DNA from: Deltaproteobacteria bacterium
Lineage (GTDB): Bacteria > Myxococcota_A > UBA9160 > SMWR01
Length of the DNA: 58,751 bases
Direction of reading: 5' to 3'
Assembly: GCA_032128115.1 (NCBI GenBank)
Contig: JAQBHB010000045.1
Location: 1-58,751, forward strand
Shown here: positions 47,553 to 58,751 of the stretch, piece by piece
Position numbering within the stretch: the first letter of the stretch is position 1
Layout: the number at the start of each line of letters is the position of its first letter
Program-made: the position numbers and the translations under genes
The notes under the pieces: generated by a model
What the model saw: the letters and a program-made list of their open reading frames with translations, nothing else
Database searches by the model: none
Told to the model about the DNA's origin: nothing

Positions 47553-49169
47553 CTAGCCCTTCGAGAGTTGTCCGAGCTTTCCGGCGGGATGGCGCAGGTT
47601 GTAGTCCGCCTTGGTGAAGCCCTTCTCCTTCTCCAGGGCGGCAGCCAGGGCCGCCAGCACCAGGATCTCGGCGGCGACACTGGCGCGCGGAGCGAGTCCC
47701 AGGGCGCCTCCCTCCCGGGCCACACCCGCGTCCAGGAATGCGTCGGCGTTGCGGGCCAGCCACGAATCCGGGTTCCCGGTCACCCCCAGCACCCGGGCCT
47801 GCATGCCTCGCACGGTCTCGACGGCAAAACGCAGTTCCGCGGTTTCCCCGCTGTTGCTGATGGCGATCACCACGTCTCCCGGCATCACCTGTCCCGTGCT
47901 CCCGTGCACGGATTCGGTCGCGTGCAGGAAGGTGGCGGGCGTGCCCGTGCTAGACAGCAACGAGGCCGCATAGTGGGCCACGTGTTCCGGCTTGCCGATG
48001 CCCGTCACGTGCACCCGTGAGCCTCCGGCCTCGGCGCTGCGAATCAGATCCATGGCCTTCTCGAAGCTCCCCACGTCCAGGCGACGCCGCAGGGCTGCCA
48101 TCTCCTCCACTGCCACGTCGAGAGCGGCCAGTGCCTCTTCGGCTCCCGAACCCGAGAGGACGGGGCTTGCGCCCGCCGTCGAACCGGACAGTTCGAGAGC
48201 GCCGCCGTCGTAGAGTTGGACAACTCGTGCGCGTGCCGCCACCGGGTCGTCGGGGAAGGCCCCGAGCTTCTCCACGCACGCCGCACCGCACGCGTTCGCG
48301 AGACGTCCCGCGTCTTCCCAGCCCAGTCCGTGGTGCAGGGCCGCCAACAGTCCACCCAGGAACGCATCCCCGGCGCCGGTGGTGTCCACCGCGCGAGTCG
48401 CGTAGCCCTTGACGCTGCCTTCGAATCCATCCGCGGCAATCGCACACCCGGCCTCGCCATCGGTGAGCACCACCACCGGGTTTCCGAAGCGCTCGCGGAC
48501 GGCGCGGGCGAGCGCCAGGGCATCGTCGCCGGCCGCAGGCGCGATCTCGCGCGCCGCGCTCTTCGAGGGCTTGAGCAGGTCTGCGGCGCGCAACACCCCA
48601 TCGAGCTCGCCAGCACTGCCGAGGCCCGCCACGGCATCCGAAGGCGGTACGTCCAGGTCGACGACGGTCGGAATACCCGCCTCGCGCGCGATGCTGAGAG
48701 CCTCGAGCGCCGCGGCCAGCGGCAGCTGGGACACCTCCGTGGTGAGGCGCCGGGCCCGCCGGATGAAGTCCGCGTGGTCGCGCCGCACGTGCAGGGCGGT
48801 GGTCTCCGAGGTGGCACCCGGTGCCATGTAGATGGCGCGGCCGCCTTCGTCGTCCACGAAGATCTCCGCCAACGACGTGGCGGAGCCCTCGAGGATCAGG
48901 TCGTGCTCGATGCCGGCCCCGTCCATGGCGGCGCGCAGGAAGCGGCCGCCCTCGTCGCGGGCCTGGCGGCCAAAGATGCCCGCGCGAAGACCCAGGGCCG
49001 CGGCCCAACCCAGGTGGTTCAAGACCACGCCGCCCACGCTGAGGCGAACCGGGCCTGCACCCTCCACGCTGCGAAGGATGCCCTTCTCGTCGCCGCCGAG
49101 GATGCGCGCTGCCCGGTGCACCCGGTCCACCACCATGCTGCCGATGCCCACTGCATCGAGCTTCGTCAT
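47553..49169 (-). CDS. PfkB-family carbohydrate kinase fused to a SIS (arabinose-5-phosphate isomerase-like) domain
   Basis: GG...N..GW, DTTGAGDAF PfkB signature; then GIGKP, STGTPATFLH..ESVHG, AISNSGET, HPAGKLG; no CBS domains. Confidence 0.88.
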   Translation of the reverse strand: MTKLDAVGIGSMVVDRVHRAARILGGDEKGILRSVEGAGPVRLSVGGVVLNHLGWAAALGLRAGIFGRQARDEGGRFLRAAMDGAGIEHDLILEGSATSLAEIFVDDEGGRAIYMAPGATSETTALHVRRDHADFIRRARRLTTEVSQLPLAAALEALSIAREAGIPTVVDLDVPPSDAVAGLGSAGELDGVLRAADLLKPSKSAAREIAPAAGDDALALARAVRERFGNPVVVLTDGEAGCAIAADGFEGSVKGYATRAVDTTGAGDAFLGGLLAALHHGLGWEDAGRLANACGAACVEKLGAFPDDPVAARARVVQLYDGGALELSGSTAGASPVLSGSGAEEALAALDVAVEEMAALRRRLDVGSFEKAMDLIRSAEAGGSRVHVTGIGKPEHVAHYAASLLSSTGTPATFLHATESVHGSTGQVMPGDVVIAISNSGETAELRFAVETVRGMQARVLGVTGNPDSWLARNADAFLDAGVAREGGALGLAPRASVAAEILVLAALAAALEKEKGFTKADYNLRHPAGKLGQLSKG

Positions 49170-50290
49170 CGCAACGCCCCCGAAGGCAGCTCTCCGAACT
49201 CGCCGCGGGCCACCGACACCCAGGGCGATCCGATCGTCTCGACTGCCTGCTCTTGAATCGCGGCGAAGGCCGCGTCGAAACGCTCGGCCGCGTCCGGCTC
49301 GAGTTGGGGAGTGCCAGGAGCGACCGCCGCACTCGAGATGACTCCCATGGAAAGCAGGGCCCGCTTGAAGCACGCGATGGCGCGACCGGGGCCGGCCTCG
49401 TGGGTGGCTTCGCGAAAGTCGGTCACCACCTTCTGGATCAGCAGGATGCGTTCCGAGTCGCCTCCGCGGCACACCTGCCACGCTCGCGCCCACTCCCGGG
49501 GAAGCGCGTTGGCCGGCCCGGACACCACGCCGATGGGCAGGGCGCCGGACAGTCGATACTGATTCCATCGCTCCGAGATCGCTCCGCGCCAACCCGTTCG
49601 CGGACGGTAGATGCGGAAGATCAGCATGGCGTTGCCGATGTAGATCCCGAACTCACCGCGCTCCCGGAAGCTTGCCGCCGCCCGGGTGTAGTTGCCCAAC
49701 ACCCTGCGGTTGCCCGAGACCTTGATGCCGCGCACGAAATCCAGGCGTGACATGGCCTTTACCTGGCTGGTGCGGATGTGCAGGGCCTTGGGATCGATGG
49801 CGATGTCCGCGTTGTCGTACAGATACACGGGAATGCGCCGGTTTCGCCTGTCCAGCAGGTCGGCAACTTCGCGCTGTACGAACCGGACCGGATCGTCGAC
49901 GCCGCGGATCGAGAGTGGCGCAAGCACCGCGGCGTCGGCGCCGGCTTCGATGGCGAACTCCAGATTTTCCAGGGTCTCGGCGGGCGTGTGCGCCGTGATC
50001 CCCGCCCAGGCTTCGACCCTGCGGACCGGTCCCGGACCCAGGCGAGCGTTGACCTTGGCCACTTCTTCGGCGCATACCTGGATCACCCGCTGGCGCAGGG
50101 GATTGGGCAGCTGACCCCATTCGCCGGTGGTACCGGCGGCGAACACCACGTCGGCGCCATGCCCTGCCTGGATCACGAAGCGCACCGCGTTGCGCTGGTC
50201 GGGCTCGATCAGATTCCCGTCGCCGTCGAGTACCGTCACCACCGGCACCGAGAGCCCGCGGCGAGGCAGCGTATCTTCGACAGACCTCAC
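49166..50290 (-). CDS. DapA/NAL-family class I aldolase
   Basis: VPVVT, AGTTGEW, YLYDN, GIKVSG (Schiff-base Lys), GVVSG; ATGA-coupled to the kinase-SIS gene. Confidence 0.82.
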   Translation of the reverse strand: MRSVEDTLPRRGLSVPVVTVLDGDGNLIEPDQRNAVRFVIQAGHGADVVFAAGTTGEWGQLPNPLRQRVIQVCAEEVAKVNARLGPGPVRRVEAWAGITAHTPAETLENLEFAIEAGADAAVLAPLSIRGVDDPVRFVQREVADLLDRRNRRIPVYLYDNADIAIDPKALHIRTSQVKAMSRLDFVRGIKVSGNRRVLGNYTRAAASFRERGEFGIYIGNAMLIFRIYRPRTGWRGAISERWNQYRLSGALPIGVVSGPANALPREWARAWQVCRGGDSERILLIQKVVTDFREATHEAGPGRAIACFKRALLSMGVISSAAVAPGTPQLEPDAAERFDAAFAAIQEQAVETIGSPWVSVARGEFGELPSGALR

Positions 50291-50362
50291 GGTTTCCCTA
50301 GGGTAGATCGGAGCGCGCTGGCCGCCAGCGCCAAAGGCATGCCGCCAGCGCCGAAGGCCGGC

Positions 50363-50965
50363 TCAGAGGGTCTCGAAGAAGTAGGTCATCCGAATCCCAA
50401 GCGCCGTGGCCAGCTTGTGCAGGGTCGACATGGAGGCAGCGCTCTTGCCCAGCTCGATCTGCGAAATCAGGCTCACGGACAGACCGGTGCGATTGGCGAG
50501 CTGCTTGAGAGTGAGTCCCTCGCTGCCGCGCTTCTCGCGAATCCTGGAGCCCACGGTCAGGTTGAGACGGGTCTCCAGATCCACCAGGAGACCCTTCTCA
50601 CGGATTGCCGCCTGGATCACCATGCGCAGCTCCTCGGGCTCGAGGGGCTTCTGGACGTAGTCGAAGGCCTGGCTCTTCAGTGTGCGTACGGCCACCTCGA
50701 CGGTGGGCAGGCACGTCATCGCGATCACGCACAGGTCCGAGTCGGCGCTGCGAATCTGCTGCAGCAGGTCGACGCCCTCGCCCGGAGGCGACACGTCGAG
50801 CAACACCAACTGGATGTTCGAATTCCTGATCGCCGGAAGAACGCGATCCGGGTCGGTCAGAACCTCGACCCGGTAGCCGTCCTCTGCCAGGAGGTCCTTG
50901 ATCTCTGCATTGCTGCCCTCGTCGCGATCGAAGACGAGAACATGGAGCTGTTGCTTGGCGGTCAT
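50363..50965 (-). CDS. Response regulator with C-terminal XRE HTH
   Basis: REC (LVLLDV, AFDYVQKP); IREKR..EGLTLKQLANRTGLSVSLISQIELGK. Confidence 0.88.
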   Translation of the reverse strand: MTAKQQLHVLVFDRDEGSNAEIKDLLAEDGYRVEVLTDPDRVLPAIRNSNIQLVLLDVSPPGEGVDLLQQIRSADSDLCVIAMTCLPTVEVAVRTLKSQAFDYVQKPLEPEELRMVIQAAIREKGLLVDLETRLNLTVGSRIREKRGSEGLTLKQLANRTGLSVSLISQIELGKSAASMSTLHKLATALGIRMTYFFETL

Positions 50966-51046
50966 GACGCCCCCCAGTGGTGAGTAGGCAGGCTCCCGAA
51001 GTCCCTCGAATCACACGGGAAGCGGGCGGCCGGTGTCCTGGCGGGC

Positions 51047-54015
<2,969 letters not shown>

Positions 54016-54019
<4 letters not shown>

Positions 54020-55038
54020 GCGGCGAAGGCCCGCATGTGGTGGCGGCGCAGCAGGTACAGGAACAATGGGCCGCCAGCCAGAGCCGTGATGGCGCCCACC
54101 GGAAGTTCACGGCCGTCGAGCAGGATACGCGCAAGCGTGTCGCACACCACCAGGAAGGCGGCCCCGCCCAGGGCCGCTGCGGGAACCAAAAGTCGGTGGT
54201 CCGGACCCAGGAGCAGTCGCAGCAGGTGGGGAATGATGAGTCCCACGAAACCGATCAGACCCGCCGCCGAGACCGCGGCTCCCACCATGAGCGACGTGGC
54301 CAGCAGCAGCACGCGCCGGCTGCGCTCCACGTCGACTCCCAGCTGGCGCGCGGATTCCTCGCCCAGGGTGAGCAGGTTGAGACTTCGCGACAGGGGCAGG
54401 GCGCAGGCCAGGCCGCCCGCCAGGAACAACCCCACCCAACCCGCTACGTCCGCGCGGGCGGCCGACAGGCTCCCGATCAGCCACAGGAAGATGTTGGCGC
54501 TCTCGGTCAGGCCGGACAGGGAGGCCAGGAATACGATGGCCGCCGATGCGAACGCGTTGAAGACCACGCCCGTGAGCAACAGGTTCGTGGCCGAGACACT
54601 GCCGCGAACGCCCGCGATGGCGTAGAGCGCGAGCGTCGCCACGACCGAACCCGCAAACGCCGCCGGCGGTACCGCGCTGTAGCCGATGCCGGCCGTCCCT
54701 CCCAGGCTCAGGACCAGGATCGCCCCCAGGGCCGCCCCGCCCGAAACCCCGAGCACGAACGGATCCGCCAATGGGTTTCTCAAGAGGGCCTGGAACAGCA
54801 CCCCGGCCACCGCCAGGGCCGCCCCCACCAGCATGGCGAGTACGACCCGGGGCAGGCGCACGCGCAGCACGATGTCGGCGGCGGCAGTCTGGGCGTCTTC
54901 GCCCTGGAGCACGGCCAGGACCTGGCCGGGTGCGAGCGCGCTGGGCCCCGCCGCCAGCCCGAAAATGCAGACGGCGACGAGAAGCAGCAGCATGCACGCC
55001 AGCACCGCGACGACGCGGCGCCGGGTCAGCACCTTCAC
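54016..55038 (-). CDS. ABC transporter permease (BtuC/FecCD)
   Basis: RLPRV, FQALLRNPLADP, LGEESARQLG, GLIGFVGLIIPH, ELPVG; GTG 55038 overlaps the upstream stop. Confidence 0.92.
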
Positions 55039-55916
55039 GGCGACTCGCCTTCGGCGGGCGAGGGGCCCCGATCCTCGAGTGCTGCGGCCAGAATGCGGAG
55101 CGAGCGATCCAGATGCGGCCCCGGTCGCATCACCGCCGGGGGAATGCCGACGGCGCGCCCGCTCGACACGGCGGGCAACGAGGGCCAGCGCGACCAGTGC
55201 ACGCCCGCGTCGCCCCCGTCTTCCGTGGCGTCGAGGATCACCTCCGGAGCCGCCTCGATGAGCCACTCCATGGTGACGCGCGGATAGGGCTCATCGAAGA
55301 CGGCGGCGGCGTTCTCGCCCCCGGCGGCCCGCAGCATGTCGTCGATGAAGCTGCCGCGCCCCACCAGGTAGAGCGGATCCCGTTGCAGAACGAGGACCGC
55401 ACGCACGCTGGGACGCTCCGAGGCCTGATGCTCGATCTCGCGCCAGGTCGATCGGATCGTCGCGATCTGGGCGGCGGCCTGGCTGCTTCGGCCGACGTGG
55501 CGGCCCAGCGCGTCGAGGGAGTCGAGAACCTGTTCCAGGGTGACGTTGGGAAGCTCGAGCACCCGCACCCCGAGTGCGCCCAGGCGCTCGGCCAGATCGC
55601 GTTGTCGGGCACCGGGCACCATCACGACCAGATCCGGCTGCAGCGCCACCACCGCCTCCAGGCTCGGGTTGAACAAACCCCCGACCCTGGGAAGATCGCG
55701 AACCTCCGGCTGGAGCTGCGCCGAGTAGGCGTCCACCCCGACGAGCGCCGCTTTGGCGTCGAGAGCCAGCAGCATCTCGGTAAGCGACGGGTTCAGCGAC
55801 ACCACGCGCTCGGCGCGATCCTCCGGGCTCGGATCCGCGCCCCGCACCGCGTTCGCTCCCAGGCAAAGCAGCACCGGGACCACGGCCCAGCCGAGCCGGC
55901 GCGACGCGGGCGACAT
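55035..55916 (-). CDS. Periplasmic cobalamin/heme-binding protein (BtuF-like)
   Basis: RVVSLNPSLTEML, LVGVD, NPSLEAVVALQPDLV, GGEN, YPRV..E, RPGP. Confidence 0.85.
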   Translation of the reverse strand: MSPASRRLGWAVVPVLLCLGANAVRGADPSPEDRAERVVSLNPSLTEMLLALDAKAALVGVDAYSAQLQPEVRDLPRVGGLFNPSLEAVVALQPDLVVMVPGARQRDLAERLGALGVRVLELPNVTLEQVLDSLDALGRHVGRSSQAAAQIATIRSTWREIEHQASERPSVRAVLVLQRDPLYLVGRGSFIDDMLRAAGGENAAAVFDEPYPRVTMEWLIEAAPEVILDATEDGGDAGVHWSRWPSLPAVSSGRAVGIPPAVMRPGPHLDRSLRILAAALEDRGPSPAEGESP

Positions 55917-56003
55917 GACGCGACTCTACTGGGCTGGGCTCGGACCCGCCTCGCCGCTGGGGGCCGACGGTCAGATCGACCGCCGGCCCCGTAGCTGCCG
56001 GAC

Positions 56004-56336
56004 TCAGTCGGCGCGTGCGGTGGTGGGGCCCGTCAGGGTCAGGTGGGGACGCAGGCGCTCGAGCCCTGCCTCCCCGATGCCCTTCACCTGGAGCAGGTCG
56101 TCGACCGACTTGAAGCCGCCGCGCTGCTTGCGCATGGCCACCACGGCCTGTGCCCGAGCCTCACCGATGCCGGGCAGGAGCATCAGCTCCGCGACGGTTG
56201 CGGTGTTGACGTTTACGACCCCGCCCAGGGCAGGGTCCTTGTCGGCCAGGGCCGCCGTGGCGACCAGCACCAGGGCCAGGCCAGTGAACACCGCGAGGGC
56301 GTGCGCCCGCGCGGTGCGCGTTCGGATCTTCATCAT
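56004..56336 (-). CDS. comEA: Competence DNA-binding protein ComEA
   Basis: Signal peptide; VNVNTA...L..LPGIG, F.SVDDL..VKGIG tandem HhH motifs. Confidence 0.9.
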   Translation of the reverse strand: MMKIRTRTARAHALAVFTGLALVLVATAALADKDPALGGVVNVNTATVAELMLLPGIGEARAQAVVAMRKQRGGFKSVDDLLQVKGIGEAGLERLRPHLTLTGPTTARAD

Positions 56337-56385
56337 GTGGGTGTTCTCCCGGGACCGACGGGGGGCGAGAGAGTGCGATCCGGGC

Positions 56386-57405
56386 TCAGCGATCCCGGGC
56401 CACGGCAAATGCGGCGGTGGCCAGCAGATCTTCCTTGGCTCGGCCCTCTCGGAAGGGCGCGATCGCGGCGGTGGCCCGGGCCAGATGGGATTCGGCGCGG
56501 CGGATGGTGTCGGCCACACCCCGGTAGCGCTCCACCAGCTCCAGGATACTTGCAAGCTCGTTCTCGTTGGGTGCAGCACTCCCGCGGCCCTCGTCTTCGT
56601 GGGCCACGCTCTTGATCAGGGCGGCGATCTGCTCCCGCTCGGCGGGGGCGCAACGCTTGAGCGTCAGGATCAGCGGAAGCGTGACCTTGCCTTCGCGCAG
56701 ATCGGCCTGGGGAGTCTTCCCGAGGACCGCCTCGCCCTGGTAGTCGAGTGCGTCGTCGCGCAGCTGGAAGGCCAGCCCCAGCTCGCAGCCGAACTCGGCC
56801 AGCTTCCGGCGCTCGGCCCGAGTGACACCTCCGAGAATCGAGCCGGCCTCGCAGGCGGCCGACAGCAGCACCGCGCTCTTGCGCTCGATCACCGAGAAAT
56901 AGTGGGCCTCGGTCACTGCGGGATCGAAGCTTCGCTCCAGCTGCAACAGCTCCCCTTCGGCCATGCCCCGGATGGTGTTGGCGAAGACCCAGAGGATGTC
57001 CAGGTTGCCGTCCTCGACGATCATCGCGGAGGCGCGGGCGTAGAAGAAGTCGCCGGCCAGCACGGCGCGTCGGTTGCCCCAGATGGCGTTGGCCGAGGGC
57101 CGTCCCCGCCGCCGCTCCGACAGATCCACCACGTCGTCGTGGAGCAGGGTCGCCGTGTGGAGCAGTTCCACCGCTGCCGACACCTGGATGCAACGCGGCC
57201 CCGTGTAGCCGCACAGCTCGGCGGCCAGCATCAACAGCATGGGTCGAATGCGCTTGCCGCCCGAGCCCAGCACGTGCTCTCCCAGCTCGGGAACCAGGGC
57301 CGCCGCGGCGTGGAGCTGCTCGGCCATGGCGCGATCCACCAGATCGAGCCGGGAGGCGATGCGGGCCGAGGCCGCCGAGAACGCATCCGACGAGGGCGTC
57401 TCCAT
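56386..57405 (-). CDS. ispB: Long-chain polyprenyl diphosphate synthase
   Basis: GGKRIRP, HTATLLHDDVVD (FARM), RRG, FQLRDDALD (SARM), DLREGK. Confidence 0.9.
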   Translation of the reverse strand: METPSSDAFSAASARIASRLDLVDRAMAEQLHAAAALVPELGEHVLGSGGKRIRPMLLMLAAELCGYTGPRCIQVSAAVELLHTATLLHDDVVDLSERRRGRPSANAIWGNRRAVLAGDFFYARASAMIVEDGNLDILWVFANTIRGMAEGELLQLERSFDPAVTEAHYFSVIERKSAVLLSAACEAGSILGGVTRAERRKLAEFGCELGLAFQLRDDALDYQGEAVLGKTPQADLREGKVTLPLILTLKRCAPAEREQIAALIKSVAHEDEGRGSAAPNENELASILELVERYRGVADTIRRAESHLARATAAIAPFREGRAKEDLLATAAFAVARDR

Positions 57406-57413
57406 TGCCGGCC

Positions 57414-57442
57414 ACGCTAGCCACCCACTCGATTTCTGTCAA
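57414..57442 (-). promoter_or_regulatory. sigma70 promoter of ispB (near-leaderless)
   Basis: TTGACA-17 nt-TAGCGT; ATG 8 nt downstream, no SD. Confidence 0.65.
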
Positions 57443-57530
57443 AGGCGAAATGATAGAAAGATGAGAAAAAACAGGTGTTTATATCCGTTCTCCTCACCCG
57501 CGTGAACGGCCGTAGACAGGATCCACCACC

Positions 57531-57583
57531 GTCAACCTCCTCGGACCGCTCGGTTGACAGCGACCCGGAGGCCTGCCTAGCCT
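57531..57583 (+). promoter_or_regulatory. BirA-type biotin operator overlapping the bioB sigma70 promoter
   Basis: GTCAACC-N14-GGTTGAC; the right arm contains the -35 TTGACA (57554-57559), with -10 TAGCCT 18 nt later. Confidence 0.75.
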
Positions 57584-57607
57584 CGGTCCGCTCCCCACTC
57601 CCCGGAG

Positions 57608-58690
57608 GTGTCCGTGTTCGAGCGCTATTCCGATCTGGCACGGCGCGCGATGCGCGACGAGCCGCCCAGCCGGGCAGAGGCCCTCCGCGTCCTGGACGAC
57701 CCGGATGTGGCCCTGTTGCCGCTGCTGCAGGCCGCCTTCGAGCCGCGTCATCACCACTTCGGCCGCCGCGTCATGGTGCACGTTCTCAACAACGTGCAGA
57801 ACGGGCTCTGCCCGGAAGACTGCGGCTACTGCTCCCAGTCGCGCGATTCGGGCGCCGCCATCCGCAAGTACCCGTTCAAGCCGGAGGACGAGATCCTGGC
57901 CGAGGCCGATCGCGCCGCCCGCGCAGGGGCCTCGCGCTATTGCATGGTGCTCTCCGGGCGCGGGCCCAGCCTGGCGCAGACGCGAAAGCTCGCCGCCACG
58001 ATTCGGCGTGTAAAGGAGCTCTACCCCATCGAGGTGTGCCTGTCGGTGGGGCTGCTGGAAGAGGAACACGCGCGCATCCTGGCAGAGGCGGGGCTCGATC
58101 GGCTCAATCACAACCTGAACACGAGCGAGTCCCATTACGGGAAGATCTGCTCGACCCATACCTACGCAGACCGGGTTCGCACCCTGAAGGCCGCCAAGAA
58201 GTGCGGGATCGAGCCGTGCAGCGGGCTCATCATGGGAATGGGAGAGGCGAGCCACGACCTGGTCTCGGTGGCCTTCGAGCTGCGCGAGCTCGAGGTGCCG
58301 TCGATCCCGTTGAACTTCCTGATTCCCATTGAAGGCAACCGGGTGCTCTCGGATGGCTCGCTCACTCCCGAGCGCTGCCTGCGGGCCCTGGCCATGCTGC
58401 GGCTGGTGAATCCGCGCGCCGAGATCCGCGTGGCGGCGGGGCGCGAAGGCCATCTGCGATCGCAGGAAGCCCTCTCTCTCTACCCCGCCAACTCGCTCTT
58501 CGTCGACGGCTACCTCACCACGCGCGGAGACGCGGTGGCGGATACGTACCGGATGATCGAAGAGGCGGGTTTCGAAGTCGAGGGCAACGCGCAGTGGCAG
58601 CGCGCCGGGCAGGCGGGCGGGACCCGCTTCCGCGTGCCCGGAGGAGGTGAAATCCTCAAGCCGGAGATCGCGCGAGACGCGGCGGAGTGA
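57608..58690 (+). CDS. bioB: Biotin synthase
   Basis: CPEDCGYCSQS radical-SAM motif, NHNLNT, CSGLI.GMGE, SIPLNFL, IRVAAGRE, ANSLF..GYLTT. Confidence 0.96.
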   Translation: MSVFERYSDLARRAMRDEPPSRAEALRVLDDPDVALLPLLQAAFEPRHHHFGRRVMVHVLNNVQNGLCPEDCGYCSQSRDSGAAIRKYPFKPEDEILAEADRAARAGASRYCMVLSGRGPSLAQTRKLAATIRRVKELYPIEVCLSVGLLEEEHARILAEAGLDRLNHNLNTSESHYGKICSTHTYADRVRTLKAAKKCGIEPCSGLIMGMGEASHDLVSVAFELRELEVPSIPLNFLIPIEGNRVLSDGSLTPERCLRALAMLRLVNPRAEIRVAAGREGHLRSQEALSLYPANSLFVDGYLTTRGDAVADTYRMIEEAGFEVEGNAQWQRAGQAGGTRFRVPGGGEILKPEIARDAAE

Positions 58691-58751
58691 GCGTCGCGGA
58701 GGTCGCGCGCGAATCCCTGGAGCGCATCCGAGCGGGCGGCACGCTCCGCCG
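58687..58751 (+). CDS. Partial next gene of the bio operon, probably 8-amino-7-oxononanoate synthase (BioF)
   Basis: GTGA overlap with bioB; MSVAEVARESLERIRAGGTLR fits BioF N-termini, but only 21 codons are visible. Confidence 0.45.
   Translation, partial: MSVAEVARESLERIRAGGTLR

Noticed and set aside
43897..47556. Genomic island integrated at tRNA-Ala
   Set aside because: No integrase and no duplicated tRNA 3' end; the accessory-looking genes lie on the tRNA 5' side.
49166..50290. Second dapA paralog for lysine synthesis
   Set aside because: Lacks PYYNKP/YNIPGRT/NPIPVK; canonical dapA is in the dap operon and the context points to sugar-acid metabolism.
55917..56003. Cobalamin riboswitch upstream of the btuF-like gene
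   Set aside because: The gap is only 87 bp, has no B12-box, and a -10 box sits directly before the ATG. The transporter substrate therefore stays uncertain.

Overview
High-GC (about 70% by eye) chromosomal window. The gene content (sigma54 signalling, plant/alphaproteobacterial-type GshA, PBP1B, Tat) is consistent with a Myxococcota/deltaproteobacteria-like diderm; this is inference. Most of it is housekeeping: gshA, M23 and M20 peptidases, an aminotransferase, tandem-domain thyX, tatBC, an IclR/acyl-CoA dehydrogenase/malic enzyme/acyl-CoA carboxylase operon, lspA, mrcB, aroF, argH-lysA-dapFAB, porin-glnB-glnA, ygfZ, tRNA-Ala(CGC), eno, a BtuFCD-like ABC importer, comEA, ispB and bioB. No CRISPR array, prophage or transposase gene was seen. 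Best candidates for undescribed biology: (1) a sigma54/c-di-GMP module (11.4-16.7 kb) led by a pseudo-receiver/pseudo-AAA+/HisKA/pseudo-HATPase fusion split by a C7 frameshift, followed by an NtrC-type activator, a palindrome-IHF-sigma54 promoter, a REC-HD-GYP phosphodiesterase and a PilZ protein; (2) a DapA-family aldolase coupled to a PfkB kinase-SIS (arabinose-5-P isomerase-like) fusion, a plausible Kdo/LPS-sugar catabolic route; (3) a GT-C-like membrane glycosyltransferase-sulfatase fusion whose end is supplied by a perfect 29-bp inverted-repeat element; (4) probable CTG start codons (eno, nucleoside hydrolase) and several leaderless promoters; (5) genes absent or not resolved in the ORF track (LptM-like and LpoP-like lipoproteins, PilZ, a sigma70-region-4 ORF at the left edge).
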